From positions 80,022-144,021 of the forward strand of contig MU271207.1 in assembly GCA_021432655.1 (NCBI GenBank): a stretch of 64,000 bases of DNA, written 5' to 3'. Under the pieces are notes generated by a model. That model was not told the DNA's origin. It was given only the letters and a program-made list of their open reading frames with translations, and made no database searches. Of the stretch, positions 48,728 through 62,182 are shown in pieces (within the stretch, counting starts at the first letter, position 1; each line of letters begins with the position of its first letter). The stretch is from Atractiella rhizophila. Lineage: Eukaryota. A program made the position numbers and the translations under genes.

Positions 48728-49896
48728 TCAGTCCAGTAAAGTTCTTCCTCTACCCTCAGCCCAAAACTCATCCTTCAGCATATCCTCATGCACGACCGCA
48801 ATCCGGAACGACTTCTTCTCCTTCCTCTTGCGCTCCTTTCTATGCTTCTCCTTTTCCTCGCTCGTGTGTTGATTTTCATTCTCAGCTTTTGGCGCAATCG
48901 GAGGAGCGACTGCCTCTTCGACCTCCTCCCAAACGAGCAAACTACCCTTCTTGAACATCTCTGGCTCCTCGTTGTAGTTCATGCCAAATCGTGAGAAGAG
49001 GATTTCATGCTTCTGTGAACTGACAGTACCCTGATCCCCCCATTTAGTCGACTCTGTTAGCCAGCAACGAGAACGAGGGCGGAAGAGCGGAGGAGAGACA
49101 CGAACGCTCAATTCTGCATGGGCTTGTTTGGCCGTCATCTCTCCTCGTTGGACCAGTGCCCAAAATACAGTGTTATAGAGATTGTTGATGTGCGCTAGAG
49201 GACGAAAGGAGGATGAAGGCCATTCCGACGGGAAAAAAGGGACGGATGAAGCCAAGGAGGAACTCACTGTCTACTTGGCGCCATTTCAGGTAATCAATGA
49301 CGATAGCTTTTAAAGGATACTGCACTATTCTGCTGTATGGATCAGAAGAGAGATATCGAGAGGCATAAAAGAACGGACCGTCCATCGAAGGCTGGAATCT
49401 CATTTGAATCGTCTAATAATGGAATGGTTGGAAAGAATCGTGGCCAGTGCGAGCAGTATGCGGAGGTAAATATCGAGACGCAGGTTGAGAGGATCTTGCT
49501 TGTGAATTATCGTGAGAAATATGGGTAAGTCGCGCAAGAGGTAAAATCTCACCTCTCTCGACGATTGTACAAGGAGCAGTGAGGCGAGATCACAAAACTG
49601 TTCCTCATTATTGATACGATTTCGATCTCTGTAGCGAAGAAGGAGAGAACGCACCTGTATTCGTCACTCTCACCAAAAGCACACATGATGTTCTCCTTCC
49701 CCAGCTGCCTCATCAACGTCTCAGCTGCGCTATTCATGAGTTTGAGAGCACGTTCATCGTTTGGCTTTGTGAAACCTTTGGCAGTGGAGAACTTCGAGAA
49801 TCCCTTGCCATCGAGCCTGAGGACAAGATATGTGGAGGGTAAGAGTGAATCGGGCAGCTCGAAGGTCTTCACGTAGGCAAAACGTGATTGAGACAT
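48728..49896 (-). CDS. THG1: tRNA(His) guanylyltransferase
   Basis: MSQSRFAYVKTFE...RLDGKGFSKF...KPNDERAL...AFGESDEYS...DYLKWRQVD.HINNLYNTVFWALV...KHEILFSRFGMNYNEEPEMFKKGS. Confidence 0.97.
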
Positions 49897-50025
49897 GTTG
49901 GATCTGGATCCAGCAAAAGAAAGCTTAACATTGTTTGGTGCCCTTGTCGGCGTTTACTATCGATAACAAGTATAACCAGACGTCCAACAAAACTTCTGAA
50001 CGTCCAATACCTCACGATACCTACG

Positions 50026-52211
50026 ATGTCCCCTTTGCTCTTTCTAGCCCTCAGTGCCTCCGCTTACTCAGCCTCACTCCAGTGGAGCGTCTCAGATGAC
50101 AGACACAGCGAACAGCTCGTCTTCCAACCTCAATTTGAACAACCTGAGACCCCAACAGCGCCTGGATTTCATAATGCATTCGAGACATTGGGCTTCCCTC
50201 CATTGGAAGAGTTCGGTCTCGAAGATACCATGATGGAGATGCTTAGGGAGTTTCTTCAGGTCGAGACCGAAGAAAGGTGCGTATCAGGCTTATTATTCAA
50301 TTCAAATTGTTCCACTGGAACAAGCTTCGAATTTTCGGTTTACGAACACGTCTACAGTGTAGCTGTACCATTTCTGAAGAGTTATTAGCTTATTTGCTCT
50401 GAAATAAACTGGATGGCTTGACCTGCATTGCTCTGGCGGTTATTACATCACCTGTCCTGTCCCTCTGTATCACAATGGGTACTACAGCCATGATGAGGCT
50501 CGCCGCCCCCAGGATGCAGTTAACATCAATGACTTACCTTCGATGTCGAGTTTGACGTCTATGTCTTGTTCGAAAATTTGTGTGCTTTGAGTTGTAACGA
50601 AATGCTCCCGCTCCAATTCGGTTGACTGGACTTCCTAACACACAATGGCAATAGATACGTCCAACTCTCTCCAGACGCTAAGGATATCCACCGCATCACG
50701 GAAGGAGAAAAGACTCTCCTTCGTCTACAGGGGAAAGCTTTCATTGACGTCACCGACTCCCTCGCGTTTGACTATTCGAGCCCTTTTGTACAACAAAGTC
50801 CAGAAGTAGAGGAGGATCCTTTCTCTAGTACGCTACGCCGCTCCTTTCCCCTCACGACTAGGATAAGAACGAATAGAAACTGAGTGTGTATTAGTCCCGG
50901 ACCTGAAATACACTCGTGAGGATCTCAAGGACGCGTTTGCAAATACCTGGAACGAAGACAAGATGGAAGAGTTCTTGACCGAATATTCTGGATTCACAAC
51001 CCGGTAAGCCACTCTTGCGTCTTGCCCTGGTGAAATTGAAATCGATTATGTTGGCAAAAGGTACTATCGCTCTCGTTATGGTGCTGAAGCTTCCGATTGG
51101 TTAGGCGCTCAGATCCTCGCTCTCGGTTTGCCTCTTCTGCTCTCTTCGCCTAATACATTATTGACACAATCGAATCCTGACAGTTAACTCTTACGACCTC
51201 TCTCCTGAGAAAGCTCCAGTCCTGAAAGCCTTCCCCCACTCCTGGGGTCAGAACTCTTGGATCCTGACCTTCCCCTCTGCGTCTCCCTCAGCTCGGAAAG
51301 TTATTACCGGTGCGCATCTGGACAGCGCCAACATGCTCCCTTTCCTCCCTGCTCCTGGGTTCGTTTTCTTTCACATCGTTTCATCCCTTTCCTTGGAGAG
51401 TACCAACTGATGAGAGAATGTTTTGGTCCAGAGCGGACGACGACGGCAGCGGTACGACTTCTAACCTCGGCGCACTTGCCGCCGTCCTCCAGCTGGTAAA
51501 GGATGGATGGGAGTCTGACGAGGAGATCGAGTTTCAGTGGTACTCTGCTGAAGAAGGTGAGTTTCTCACGCCTGGTTCTATCGATACAAGTGCTTACTGG
51601 CTGGTTGCCTCTTGAAGCTGGATTACTCGGAAGTCAGGCGATCGCAAAGGCGTACAAGGCGGATAACGTGAAGGTGAAAGGGATGCTACAGGTTCTTCAA
51701 CCTTCACCTCCTCCAGGTTCGGGCCATTATTGACAAAGTTTGTCCAGATGGATATGACAGCCTGGTTGAAACAGGGGAGGCCAGAGACGTTCGGTATCTT
51801 TGCAGACTACGTCAACCCCAACGCGACTGCGTTCCTCGAAAAACTGGTGACTGAGCATCGTGCGTTCCCATCCACTGTTCAAATTCAAGTCTGGGACACT
51901 GATGATGTCGCTCGACTTTAGTTGATATCCCTTTCGCTGAGACCCTCTGCCATTACGGATGTAGCGATCACGCCTCCTTCTTCAACGCGGGCTATCCGAG
52001 CGCAGGCAGCGCAGAGAGCATCTTTCAGGACTTCTCTCCTTAGTCCGCCCTCTTTCTTTTGACATCGTCGAGTATGAGTAACTCTTTCTCCAGCGCACAT
52101 TCTGTGAGAGATACCATCAATCACGAGGAGTTCAGCTTTTCGCACATGAGAAAGTTCTCCATCATTGCGACGGCTTGGATGGTCGAATTGGGAGGGATGA
52201 AGAAGAACTAA
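50026..52211 (+). CDS. Secreted M28-family leucine aminopeptidase (LAP1-like)
   Basis: Signal-like N-terminus. Motifs [34 protein letters not shown] and YGCSDHASF; many introns. Confidence 0.92.
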
Positions 52212-52959
52212 TGTATTCTGGCTCATGAAGATGAAATGATCGTTACTATAATCTCTGTGTGATTCTTGACGGTCAACATCAAGCTTGAACCTTATGGCCT
52301 CCACCACCTTGAGATCGCATAAGAACTTCCTAAGGAGTAGCTTTGACGATGGGTTTGCATTTGTCTAAGATGTGGAGCCACACAAATATTGCTCGGCGGA
52401 TGTGCAAGTAAATGTGTTCGATCGAGGGACGCATGCTTCTTTCTTTCTGACTTACTTCGCCCTGACTTGGATTCAAGTACATGCTCGTTTATCTTGGCCG
52501 AAGAAGGGTAAAACAGCCAATCACCGGGTCAACATTCCACTCCCAACACGATCCCATGCCTCTAGAAAACTGAGCAGAAGTTGCTCGTCTACTCCTATGG
52601 TCCGAGTTGGCACAAGTTCTTTGTTCCCATCACAAACTAATGCGGGACATCTTCCCCCTCTTCACAGATCCTCCTGGTATCACCATGCCTGATTCTAGTC
52701 TTTCTCATCCGTCATCGCGCTCCTTGACAGTTCAAAATCCCAGTCCCAGTTGAGCTTCCCACATCTCGCTCTCTCATCCCCTCATTCCCTTTCTCAATTT
52801 GCAACATTTTATACATTATTCACAGTAGAAACTCGTTACAGCTGGTATCAGTCAGAATCAAAACACATGCCTAACTCTCAGAATCTTCCTCCTGAATGGC
52901 CCAAAATATCAACAAGAAAGCCGAAACAAGAAAGCCGAAACGAAACAAATTATGGACGT

Positions 52960-55195
52960 TTATTTCCCTTCCACAGATGCATAGCGCAACCTCGAGAGAA
53001 CCGATTCCAAATACTGTTTCAATGCCTTGCGTTCCTACATAACTGTTAACGCCATCACAAACAAAAAGACTGCATACCTCATCCTTCGGTCCTTTCTCAT
53101 CCCTCATGAGCTCTTCCATCGCTCGCTTCGCCTCCTCAAACTTGGCACGAAAATCGTCCCCACCATTTTGATCCTTCTCTTTCGAAGGTGCTTCGGATCG
53201 TTTCTCAGAAGGACGACGCTTTGATGTCTCTGCAAGGTGAACAGGTTTCTCAATGCCTATCTTCCGAGCGTACTCATGATCGACATCCTCCAATAAGTGG
53301 TCTCCATCCGCGAAAGCATGTTCTATCGCTGCATGAGACAAAGTATATAAGGGAGCAGAGATACCCACTGAACTTGGAACTGAACGCTTCCTGAAGGACT
53401 GAGAAGAAAATGGTCACGTCTGCTGCTCCAAAAAACGACCTGCAAGTTCGTCAATCCACTAGACTAGACCATGAGACATTTGGCGTGTACAGACCAGGCA
53501 ACGAAGAAGGCTTTTCCCGCCTGTGTTGTCGGGAACAAGTCTCCGTATCCGACGGTTGTGAACGCAACATAAGAGAACCAGATTGAGTCCCAATAAGACC
53601 ATTTTTCAAGGTAGACGTAAGCCACCGAACCAATCTAAAACAACGCTATTCAACACTATCACGCATAATGGGGAGGATGAAATTCACCGCCCAAAAGAGG
53701 AGAAAGAAGAGTGTAGATATGACAATCTTCGACCTGAAGTCTCGTCTCCTCAGCCTCTTCAACTCCTTCTTAACCCTCTCCTTCTTCTCAAAGTCCGTCT
53801 CTTCCTCGAGCGCCTCCTCCACCTTTTCAGCTAGACAACTGAACGGGATCCTCTTCCTCCTCGCAAACCGCGAAAGCATCCGCTTCTCTCTTTCCTTATA
53901 CGATTCCTCGAGGTATTCGATCACCTGCAATCGCTTCAACACAAAAAAATAAATAAATGGCGATGAAAAAACTCACGCTCTCTCGCAGAGCCACAACGAA
54001 AACACCTGCGTGAATGGTTGAGCGTCAGGAACGTTGAAGTGGGAAAAGACGACAGATACCGAAACAAACTATCCCAAGAGTATTGTTGAAATATGCGAAT
54101 AATCTCGCTCCAAACGATTGAGGTACAATATCTCCAAACCCTGCATCACGGCAGTCTCAGCCATTGCCTCCCATCATGCATTGAATCTTTACCTGTAGTG
54201 ATAACAGTCTGAACAGTGAAATAGAGCGTATCCACAAACCTGCAGGAGCATCAACAAGTCTGCGATTCAGCCAAAAAGAGAAGCGCATACGTTGTGCGTT
54301 GTGGTTGAGGGATGGTAGTTGTTGGATAAGTTTCCAGGATGAGGAATTTATTGATGAGAGTTCCGAAGCTGATGACTGTAAGAAAAATAGTGTAGGAGAG
54401 TACCAAGATCCTCTCCTTCTCGCTCAAGACCTTCAACACGCCCTTCCTCGTCCATTCAACCGCCAAACAGACTGTGATAACAGCATCACAGCAAACCAGG
54501 CAAACAGTGACCCAATACGACAACGCATATCGGAACCCATCCGCCGGCTCCCTATTCCTGAGACCTGCAAAGATGGATACATTGAGGAGTGAGATGAGTG
54601 TCGAAAGGAGAAAACAGGTCCCTCCGAGGACGATGTACCGTCGAGGTGTCTTGCTGTGCAAGCGCACGACGCACAGAAGGCTGCCGATGGCGTTGAGGGC
54701 GAGAGCGAAGGATCCACCGACTACGACGAGCGTGGGATCGGAACGTGTCGTCCTTGAACCGTCTGGATTGTCGCGCACATACCTTTGCAACAACATTTGT
54801 GATCAGATTCTCTTTGGACAGTGGCATACGAGAGCTTGTTTTATACATTTAGGCTACAGAGGCTTCTCCTGTCAGGTGGAATGAACTTGCGCTTCATCCT
54901 CAGACGCGTAGACCTCATCGTACGTTCTCACAGAGATCATCAAGTACACTTCGCTGTGGTCCAGCAGATGGAACCATTACACGCCACTCTCCTTTGTGCA
55001 CACCGCACCACCATTCATAACCAAAGAAAGGACGTACCAATCTTCCGTTAAAGCAGGCAGCGCAAAGACCATGCTCAGAGGTCCCAATGCAGCGCCAGCC
55101 AAAGCAAAAGCCCTGTGCCTCCAGACGGCTGATACGCTCGCTTCTCTCTCCCTTTCCTTCGTCTCATCCACCTCTCGGCCACCGTGCTTCTCCAT
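52960..55195 (-). CDS. TOK1: Fungal two-pore outward-rectifier K+ channel (TOK1-like)
   Basis: Two P-loops after splicing (LYFTVQTVITTGFGDIVP and FSYVAFTTVGYGDLFP) and N-terminal TMs (GAALGPLS, YALSYW). Confidence 0.88.
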
Positions 55196-55436
55196 TCCTT
55201 ATGCTGCAGTTGGACTGGCTCAGACTGGCTCAGAGATGTCGTTGTTGGGTGTGGCTGCCGTTGCGTCATAGATCTATCCAGGACCACGAATCCGTGGACG
55301 GCGTTTGAAGCGATATCACGTGATTCTCACTCTCAAAGGTCGAGATCATTTGGACATCATTGACGTGAGGCTGCTTGTCCGTGCTGCTATTAGCAGCTTT
55401 CGTGACATGACAAAGTCCAAGATTGTCTTTGCATTA

Positions 55437-57064
55437 TCATACGACGGAGAACCTGTACTCGCTCTCCCAAACTACCACTTCTCCTTCTTTGTAAATTTGA
55501 TTCTGGCCCCATTCAGGATGATTAATGGCATCGTCCCATCCACCTTGTTCTAACGCGACGCACTGCATGCCATAACCTCGTTAACACAGGACGGTATAGA
55601 TGGCGCAAAGCTTACACTTCGAGAACCATAAATCCCAGCCGTTGCTCCTCCCTGGGAAGCCTTCCGGGGAAGAGAAGCCACTCCGATGCCTTCGCACGTC
55701 CACACTTCCACAGATGGCTGATTTGTGTAGACGTCCATACTTCATGAAAGAAAGTCATGGTGAGCGTCACTGTGATAAACGAGAACAAACGAATGAAAAG
55801 CGCACTTGATTCCAGAATCTACACTCCGCAGCGTCAAAGCTGGCTTCTTCGTTGACCGATCATCTTCGTATATCATACCTTCGCCCAATCCATCAGCTTC
55901 CTTCATCACGAGATGAGAGAACAAGCACATATGTTAATCCCATCGCAGCCCGGTCCACAAAACGGCGTCGTGCCATTCGTCACGAAATGGTCCACCAGAG
56001 GTTTGTCCGTCCTAAAATCGAGACCTGGAACATTATCCACGTCCAATATCTCACCCGTTGGGAGGAGAGCTGCATCAACCTGCAGAGCGCGATCCGCGTT
56101 GAGTTGGAGATTGTGGGAGTCGAGGAAGGTACGGTTGGTATCGTTGGTATAAGCGTGGTATCCTTCTAGGTTCCAATATGCGTGAGACGTGAGTTTGACG
56201 GGCGTTTTCCCCTCGAGGACGCGGGAGAGGAAGCGCAGATGCCAACTAGTAGATGTGAGCGTGTATGTCAACTCCGTGTAGACGGAGCCACCAAAGCCTT
56301 CCGTTCCATTCTTCACCACCGGGTCAGATGAGGTTTTAGAGGTTGGGAGGAGAGGACGGACCTTGTCTAGTAGACCTAACGTGAGAGAATGAGGTGTAGA
56401 ATCTATGTATGACCATGCTCTCAAATCATAGCCTTTAGCTCCACCGTGAAGCGTTGTAACTGGATCGGTACACCAGATGATGAGAACATATAGAAATCAT
56501 TGTATAGAGACGCACCATTATTCTCGTTCAGTGTGGTATGAAAGATCTCAATCCCAGCAGGCAGAGAATTGTTGATGGCGGTATTATGTGTAGTGGGAAT
56601 CGAGTATGTCCCGTTCCTGATCCTTCCTGCATATCTCCCAACTGCAGCACCAAACTGCGCTCGAATCTGGGTATAAAGCTCCTGCCATTCACACACTTTC
56701 AGCCCACTGTGCAGCTCCCAGAAAAATCACAAACGAAGTCATCGAATCCGAGGATAACATCTCGAAAGTCACCGTCCTTGTCCTATTCCACTCCAGCGTT
56801 AGACATGCAGCCTGCAGCGGCACAAAGCGGTGGACGCACTTTAACAAAGAGAGAGTATGCGCTGCCGCCTAATTCGAGGAACGAACCCCGAATGCTTCCG
56901 TCTGGACTCGAGATGTTGTGCAGCACTAACCCATCGGAAGGGTTCGACGTTACAAGCTGCTCGAAAGATGTTACCTCCATCTTGAAATCATGACTCCCCG
57001 GAATAGCCGCAGCTTTGCACCTTAGAAATAAAGACACGAAGACAGGAAGGAAGGTAGACAACAT
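55437..57064 (-). CDS. Aldose 1-epimerase / galactose mutarotase-like, with signal peptide
   Basis: FGAAVGRYAGRIRNG, TLHGG, TPVKLTSHAYWNL, YTNQPS, CVALEQ...AINHPEWG, ending YRFSVV*. Confidence 0.92.
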
Positions 57065-57494
57065 TGTTATGGGTTTCCCCAGGTTCAGCTGATGGGCAGT
57101 ACCTCCCCTAACTCTCCCTCCCTCTTATACGAGGCAAAACAGTTCACCTTGTTCGCGAGAGAACAGAGGACTCGTTATAATTAGCTTCTATCCGTGCAGC
57201 TGGAGAGCACGAGGGTGCATGATGGTATGACGATCGTTTTATGATGTGATCGTGAAGTTTGTAAATGGCGAAAACCCTTGTCTCTCGCTGCAATCACAAG
57301 GTGAAGGAGGTCAAGCGAGGACGGACCTATTCAGCAAGCAGAAGCGGTTAGATCCTACTGATTTTTCATTTTCCTTCTACATTATTCAATACATCTTATT
57401 TTCGCTTCACTTTTGCGTTTATTTGTTTCGGTACAATCGTCCACTCGAGAGTTGAGAGTTGAGAGTTGCATGGTTCTTCGCATCCACGGCACAA

Positions 57495-60400
57495 TCAATC
57501 GTACCTGTTGCCTCCATGATGACCGCCTGCGCGAAGATAAGCTGACGTTATCAATGCAAGAGGGACAAACCGTGATGATGACCTCTCCTCCCTTCGTCCT
57601 CCTCATCGTCGTCGCCGTGGCGCCGGCCGCCTGGTCCAAAAATTAATCCTCGGTCTACAACAGTGGCTTGGACGAACCTTGATGCCCTCCCCTCCTTCCT
57701 TCCTCGTCATCATCCCGAATGTTCATCCTCTCGACACCGTAGCTATCATCCCTTCCTCCTCCCCTGCCTCCATATCCTCCCTCCTCCCTCGCACCTTGCC
57801 ATCCACCGCCTCCTCCGTGCCTCTCTTCCCTTCCTCCACTACCGTAACCACCACCACTTCCATAGCCTCCTCCATCATTTTGGTCGCTCCTCTCGAACGA
57901 GCTCCCGTAAGTGTTTTGGAAGATGTCTTCGTTTCGGTTGGCAGAATAGCTCTCTTCATCCCGCTCCCCGTAGGGTCTGGATCCACCACCTCCATAACCA
58001 CCACCGCTACCACCGTAACCGCCTGACCGAGAGTCTCCTCCTCTATTATAACCCCCACTGAAGGTATCTTCCCCTGATCCCCCTCCTCCTCCACGACCAT
58101 AAGAGGTCTGTTCCGCTTCCTCTCCTAATCCACCATGATGACGACCGCCACCACCGTGATGACCGTGTCCACCCTGTTGATTGTCCCTTCCGGTAGATGA
58201 ACCATACTGATTACCGCCGCCGTACGAGTCCTCGTTCCTGGAAGACCCATACTCGTTGCGGGAGGAGCCATATTCGTTGTCGCCCCTTCTTCCCGACTCG
58301 TTGTCATCCCTTCGAGACCCATGCTCGTTGCGGGAAGACCCAAACTCATTGCGAGAAGATCCGTACTCGTTGTTATCGTCCCTTCGAGACCCATATTCGT
58401 TTCGCGAAGAACCATATTCGCCACCGCTTCTTCCTCCCGATCCGTATTCATTGTCCCCTCCGCCGTAAGCACCAGCGGTTCTACCACCAAAAGATTCTTC
58501 CGTCCTGCCTTCGCCGTATGATGATTCATTCCTTCCGGATTGTCTTCCGTATGAAGATTCCTCCCTTCCAGACTGACCATACGACTGGCCGTATGACGGT
58601 TCTGTTCTCCCAGCCTGCCCATACGATTGGCCGTACGACGGTTCAGTTCTTCCAGACTGGCCATAAGAAGATTCGTTTCTGCCAGATTGGCCGCCATACG
58701 ATGATTCATGCTGGCCGTATGAGGATTCATGCCTTCCAGACTGTCCACCGTATCCCTGACCGTGACTGCCTGATTGACCACCATATCCTTGGCTCTGAAT
58801 TCGCGCTCCGCCTCCGCCCCTTCCACCTTGAGGATGAGGCGCCTTCCTTCCTACACATGCCCCGTGCACCTTCGTATTCTCGTCGGCACCAATACGTTTA
58901 TTGTCGCCTTCCCTCACGCTTTCCTGTTCCCACCGAATGGCAAATTAGGTCAAGCATAGTAGGTCAATGGGATGAGAACCTTAGAGAGCCTTTGGATAAC
59001 AGTGTTCTGGTCCTCCCTCGACAAACCTTCGAACCACCTCCTCATCTCATCTGCCATTTTCTCCTGAATACCGGAACGACCATTTGCAATGTACGGGTGA
59101 TGGAACGTCTCAAGGATCTGTTACCTCTCTCTTCAATATTCTGGCCCAAAGACCAGGAAATAACAAAATACCTCGTCAACGGCTTGGTTCGCATCCATTC
59201 TCCCACTCCAAGCGCTGACGACCCTCGTAACTGCCTCCCTCACCACGACTTTAGCAATTCGTCCCTGTCATTCAAGCATCAGTCTTCCCTTCTTAAGAAC
59301 GTTGGTAAGCGTACAGCAGGATCGTTTAGGATATTGTCGAAATGATCCTTTGATATCATTGAATGTGAGGGGTCTGAAGCTTGAGGATTGTCGAACACTT
59401 CGTACTGGTCGTCTTGGTCAATTACCTCCCGGCTGCCTTTGCTAAGTCCATCTGAGACCGTGGATAGTAATGTCTAGTGGTAAGTTTCAACTTGGTTTGC
59501 CTGTCTGCTTTTGGAGCAAAGCTCCGCTGAGGGATGAGCTTACCTGAATGTAAGGTTGAATGGTTGTATAGACGAAGACGTTCACAGCTTCCGTGAGCTC
59601 TTCAACCAAATTCTGAAGACCGGGGATTTTCTCTACGGTTGCTTCGATGTCTCGCATCACACCGTCTCTCCACTTCAAAGCTGAGTAAACCATCAGCCTA
59701 AGACCTGTCTCTTATTTGGAAAGGAAGAGACGCGAACCGTCAGTCAGGGCACGCTGGACTTCTTCGCTTGCGACATCATCAGGATTGAAATCAACGGCTT
59801 TCTTCTGCATTTCTTCAGCTTGGGATACTTTCTCGTCTCCACCACCTCCGCCGATTTTGGAAAAGATGTCTGCGAGAAAAGGGTTATAGTACGCACATTC
59901 AATCGGGCTAATAGGGAGCTTACTCTTGATAACCTCAAGCTGCCCTTCCTTTCCTTTCGAGCTCTGCATCTTTTTGTCCAATTCTGCAATCGAGGATTCC
60001 GAAAGCTTGTCTTGTGCTTCACCCATAACACTGAAGACTGCCCGCATCTATCAGTAATTTCCCTGATGATAATAAAAGGTCGCACTGAAATCGGCGCTCC
60101 CAAAGGTGCCGGTTACCAACGGAGAGACTTCGCCGTTATTGGTGCGAATAGTAACATTATCGCCAACATGTGTGAATACGGAGTCGTGTCCCATCTTCCT
60201 CAACGTGAGTTCGCTGGATTGCGTCGATTGTGTCAGTGTCACCCTTGTGGCGGAGATGTATGGAAGTGGCGTACCACCAATTACTGTGCGCCAACAAGTC
60301 CTCCAAAGTATGCAGCGCACCGCCTAACAACCTGTAAGCTTCGAAGAGCTCCGGAGAGTCTCTGCCTCCGCTTCGCTGAGCAAGTTCTATATTCTTTCTC

Positions 60401-61461
60401 AGAAGCCGCGTGCAAATGAAGCAGAGGATAGTTGCAAACCGATAGCTTTCAGCAAAGATCTCCTCACATGTGCGGCAGCGGTATCGTACCTCTGCCCTTC
60501 CTTCGCAATATAATTCTTCATTCCCGTCCTTTCATCGATCTCCAACTCTTGCGGGTCCACAGGGGGTCTGAGTTTCGGATGATACTTTCTCGGGTCTTCG
60601 TTCCCTCCGTAACCCTTGGGATTATCGATATGTTCAACCGTTTGATAGGTTCCCAGCCTTTCTGCCGTCAATTCGAACTCCTCAGTTGCATATCCAAAGC
60701 TCATGAATCCCAGCACGGAAAGCACAAGGACGATGGTATCTGCCGTCGCGTGAGAAAGACCGGCGATGTCCATGGCCTGTGAATAATCGCGGAGCCAGTT
60801 GCCCTACACCACATCTTCGTCAATTCGCAGAGAAAGGAGAGCATATGCCAAAGTCGTGGACAAGGATAATGAGATACGCACGAAGTAAACTCTCTTCACA
60901 TCAGACTTGCTAAACCTCGCTCCTCCCTTCGCTGCCGTTGCCGCTGCGCTCAATATTCCGACCTATGAACCAAAGCATCCGCACATGTTAATCAGACCGT
61001 TGTCCTTGGATTCAGTTGAGAGATGAGCAAACGCACAGCAGCTCCCAGCAATCCTCCTCCTCCTCCGTGATGTCCTCCATCTCCATCAGTCCTTCCTTCC
61101 CATCTCAACAGCTCTTCGAGGGTGCTTTCAATATCGCCATGCCTGTAGGCAGAATCGTGGCAATAGGAGAATGAGGGGATCTCGCCTGTTGCGTTTCCAT
61201 TATTAGCAATCTCACTTAATGTCGATCACAATAACACAACAACAAAATGCGATGGTTGAATCGCCATCTGTTTCCACAGCTACGTAGCTGTTTGAAGACA
61301 CAGTCGCATAGTTCATCTGATAAAGAACAATCTTCCCCCTCCCGCACCATGCAACTAGATCGATGTAAAAACTCACCAGCACCAAAGGCGTTAACCCTAG
61401 ACACGAAAAAGAGCAACACAAACGCGATGATCAAAAGGAAAGGAGGTTTGGAGAACGCCAT
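57495..61461 (-). CDS. HET-C family protein with signal peptide and long G/S/Y/R/E-rich repetitive C-terminus
   Basis: AFGAGEIPS, RHGDIE, GNWLRDYSQAMD, EHIDNPKGY, GMKNYIA, PLVTGTFG and PSHSMISKDHF. The 3' end is approximate (small terminal exons). Confidence 0.92.
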
Positions 61462-62182
61462 ATTTGATCGGAATCTGATCCTCAATTTCTAGGTTTCTGT
61501 CGCTTCGATTTCGTGTTCGCTTGTAAGTACGTTATAAAAGATTCAGTTCTGTCGTCTGCTGGTTGATGCTTGTGATTTGGATGTTGGGATGAGGCCTCGT
61601 CGTCGTTTTTGTGAGCAGCCTTGGAAACGGAGGCACATTTAACGATACGCTAATGACGACCGCCAAGACTTGCTGCCAAGACTATCTCGCCTAACGTTTC
61701 ATTGCCATTGTGCAAAGGGCAAAGCAACAGGGGCACTAATCTGCTTTAATAATGAGATAAATCTCTGGATTGTCTTAGTTGAAGACGTTGTTCTGACTGG
61801 TCATTACAATAATGTATTACTATTATTCGATATTCATCACTAGTTACTAGTTTGGATTGACATTTGCGTCAGTCGACGTAATGTGTCGAGTGTTAATGGA
61901 TGGAGTAAGTTGCATTGCACGACGTTACTAACGTTACTGACATGACTGATCCCAAAAAGCTCTCGAAAAACGAGAAACAGAAAAACTGCAGCGAGAGAAG
62001 AATGGCTGCAGTGCTAAGGGTTTATATAGTAAGACTATCCAGTAGCGACAGAGAAAGCACCGAACATGTAATATATGAAGCTACTGCTAATGATAGAATG
62101 ATACTTTTCGAAAATCGTGTATGCGCGTGTCATGATGATGATAAAAAATATGTGACTCCATGGAGTCAGTCCTTCTTCAAAT

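Noticed and set aside
50488..50640. C-box-like ATGATGA in the aminopeptidase intron
   Set aside because: No CTGA D box at a suitable distance.
58197..59345. 382-aa plus-strand ORF
   Set aside because: Antisense shadow of the repetitive HET-C tail.
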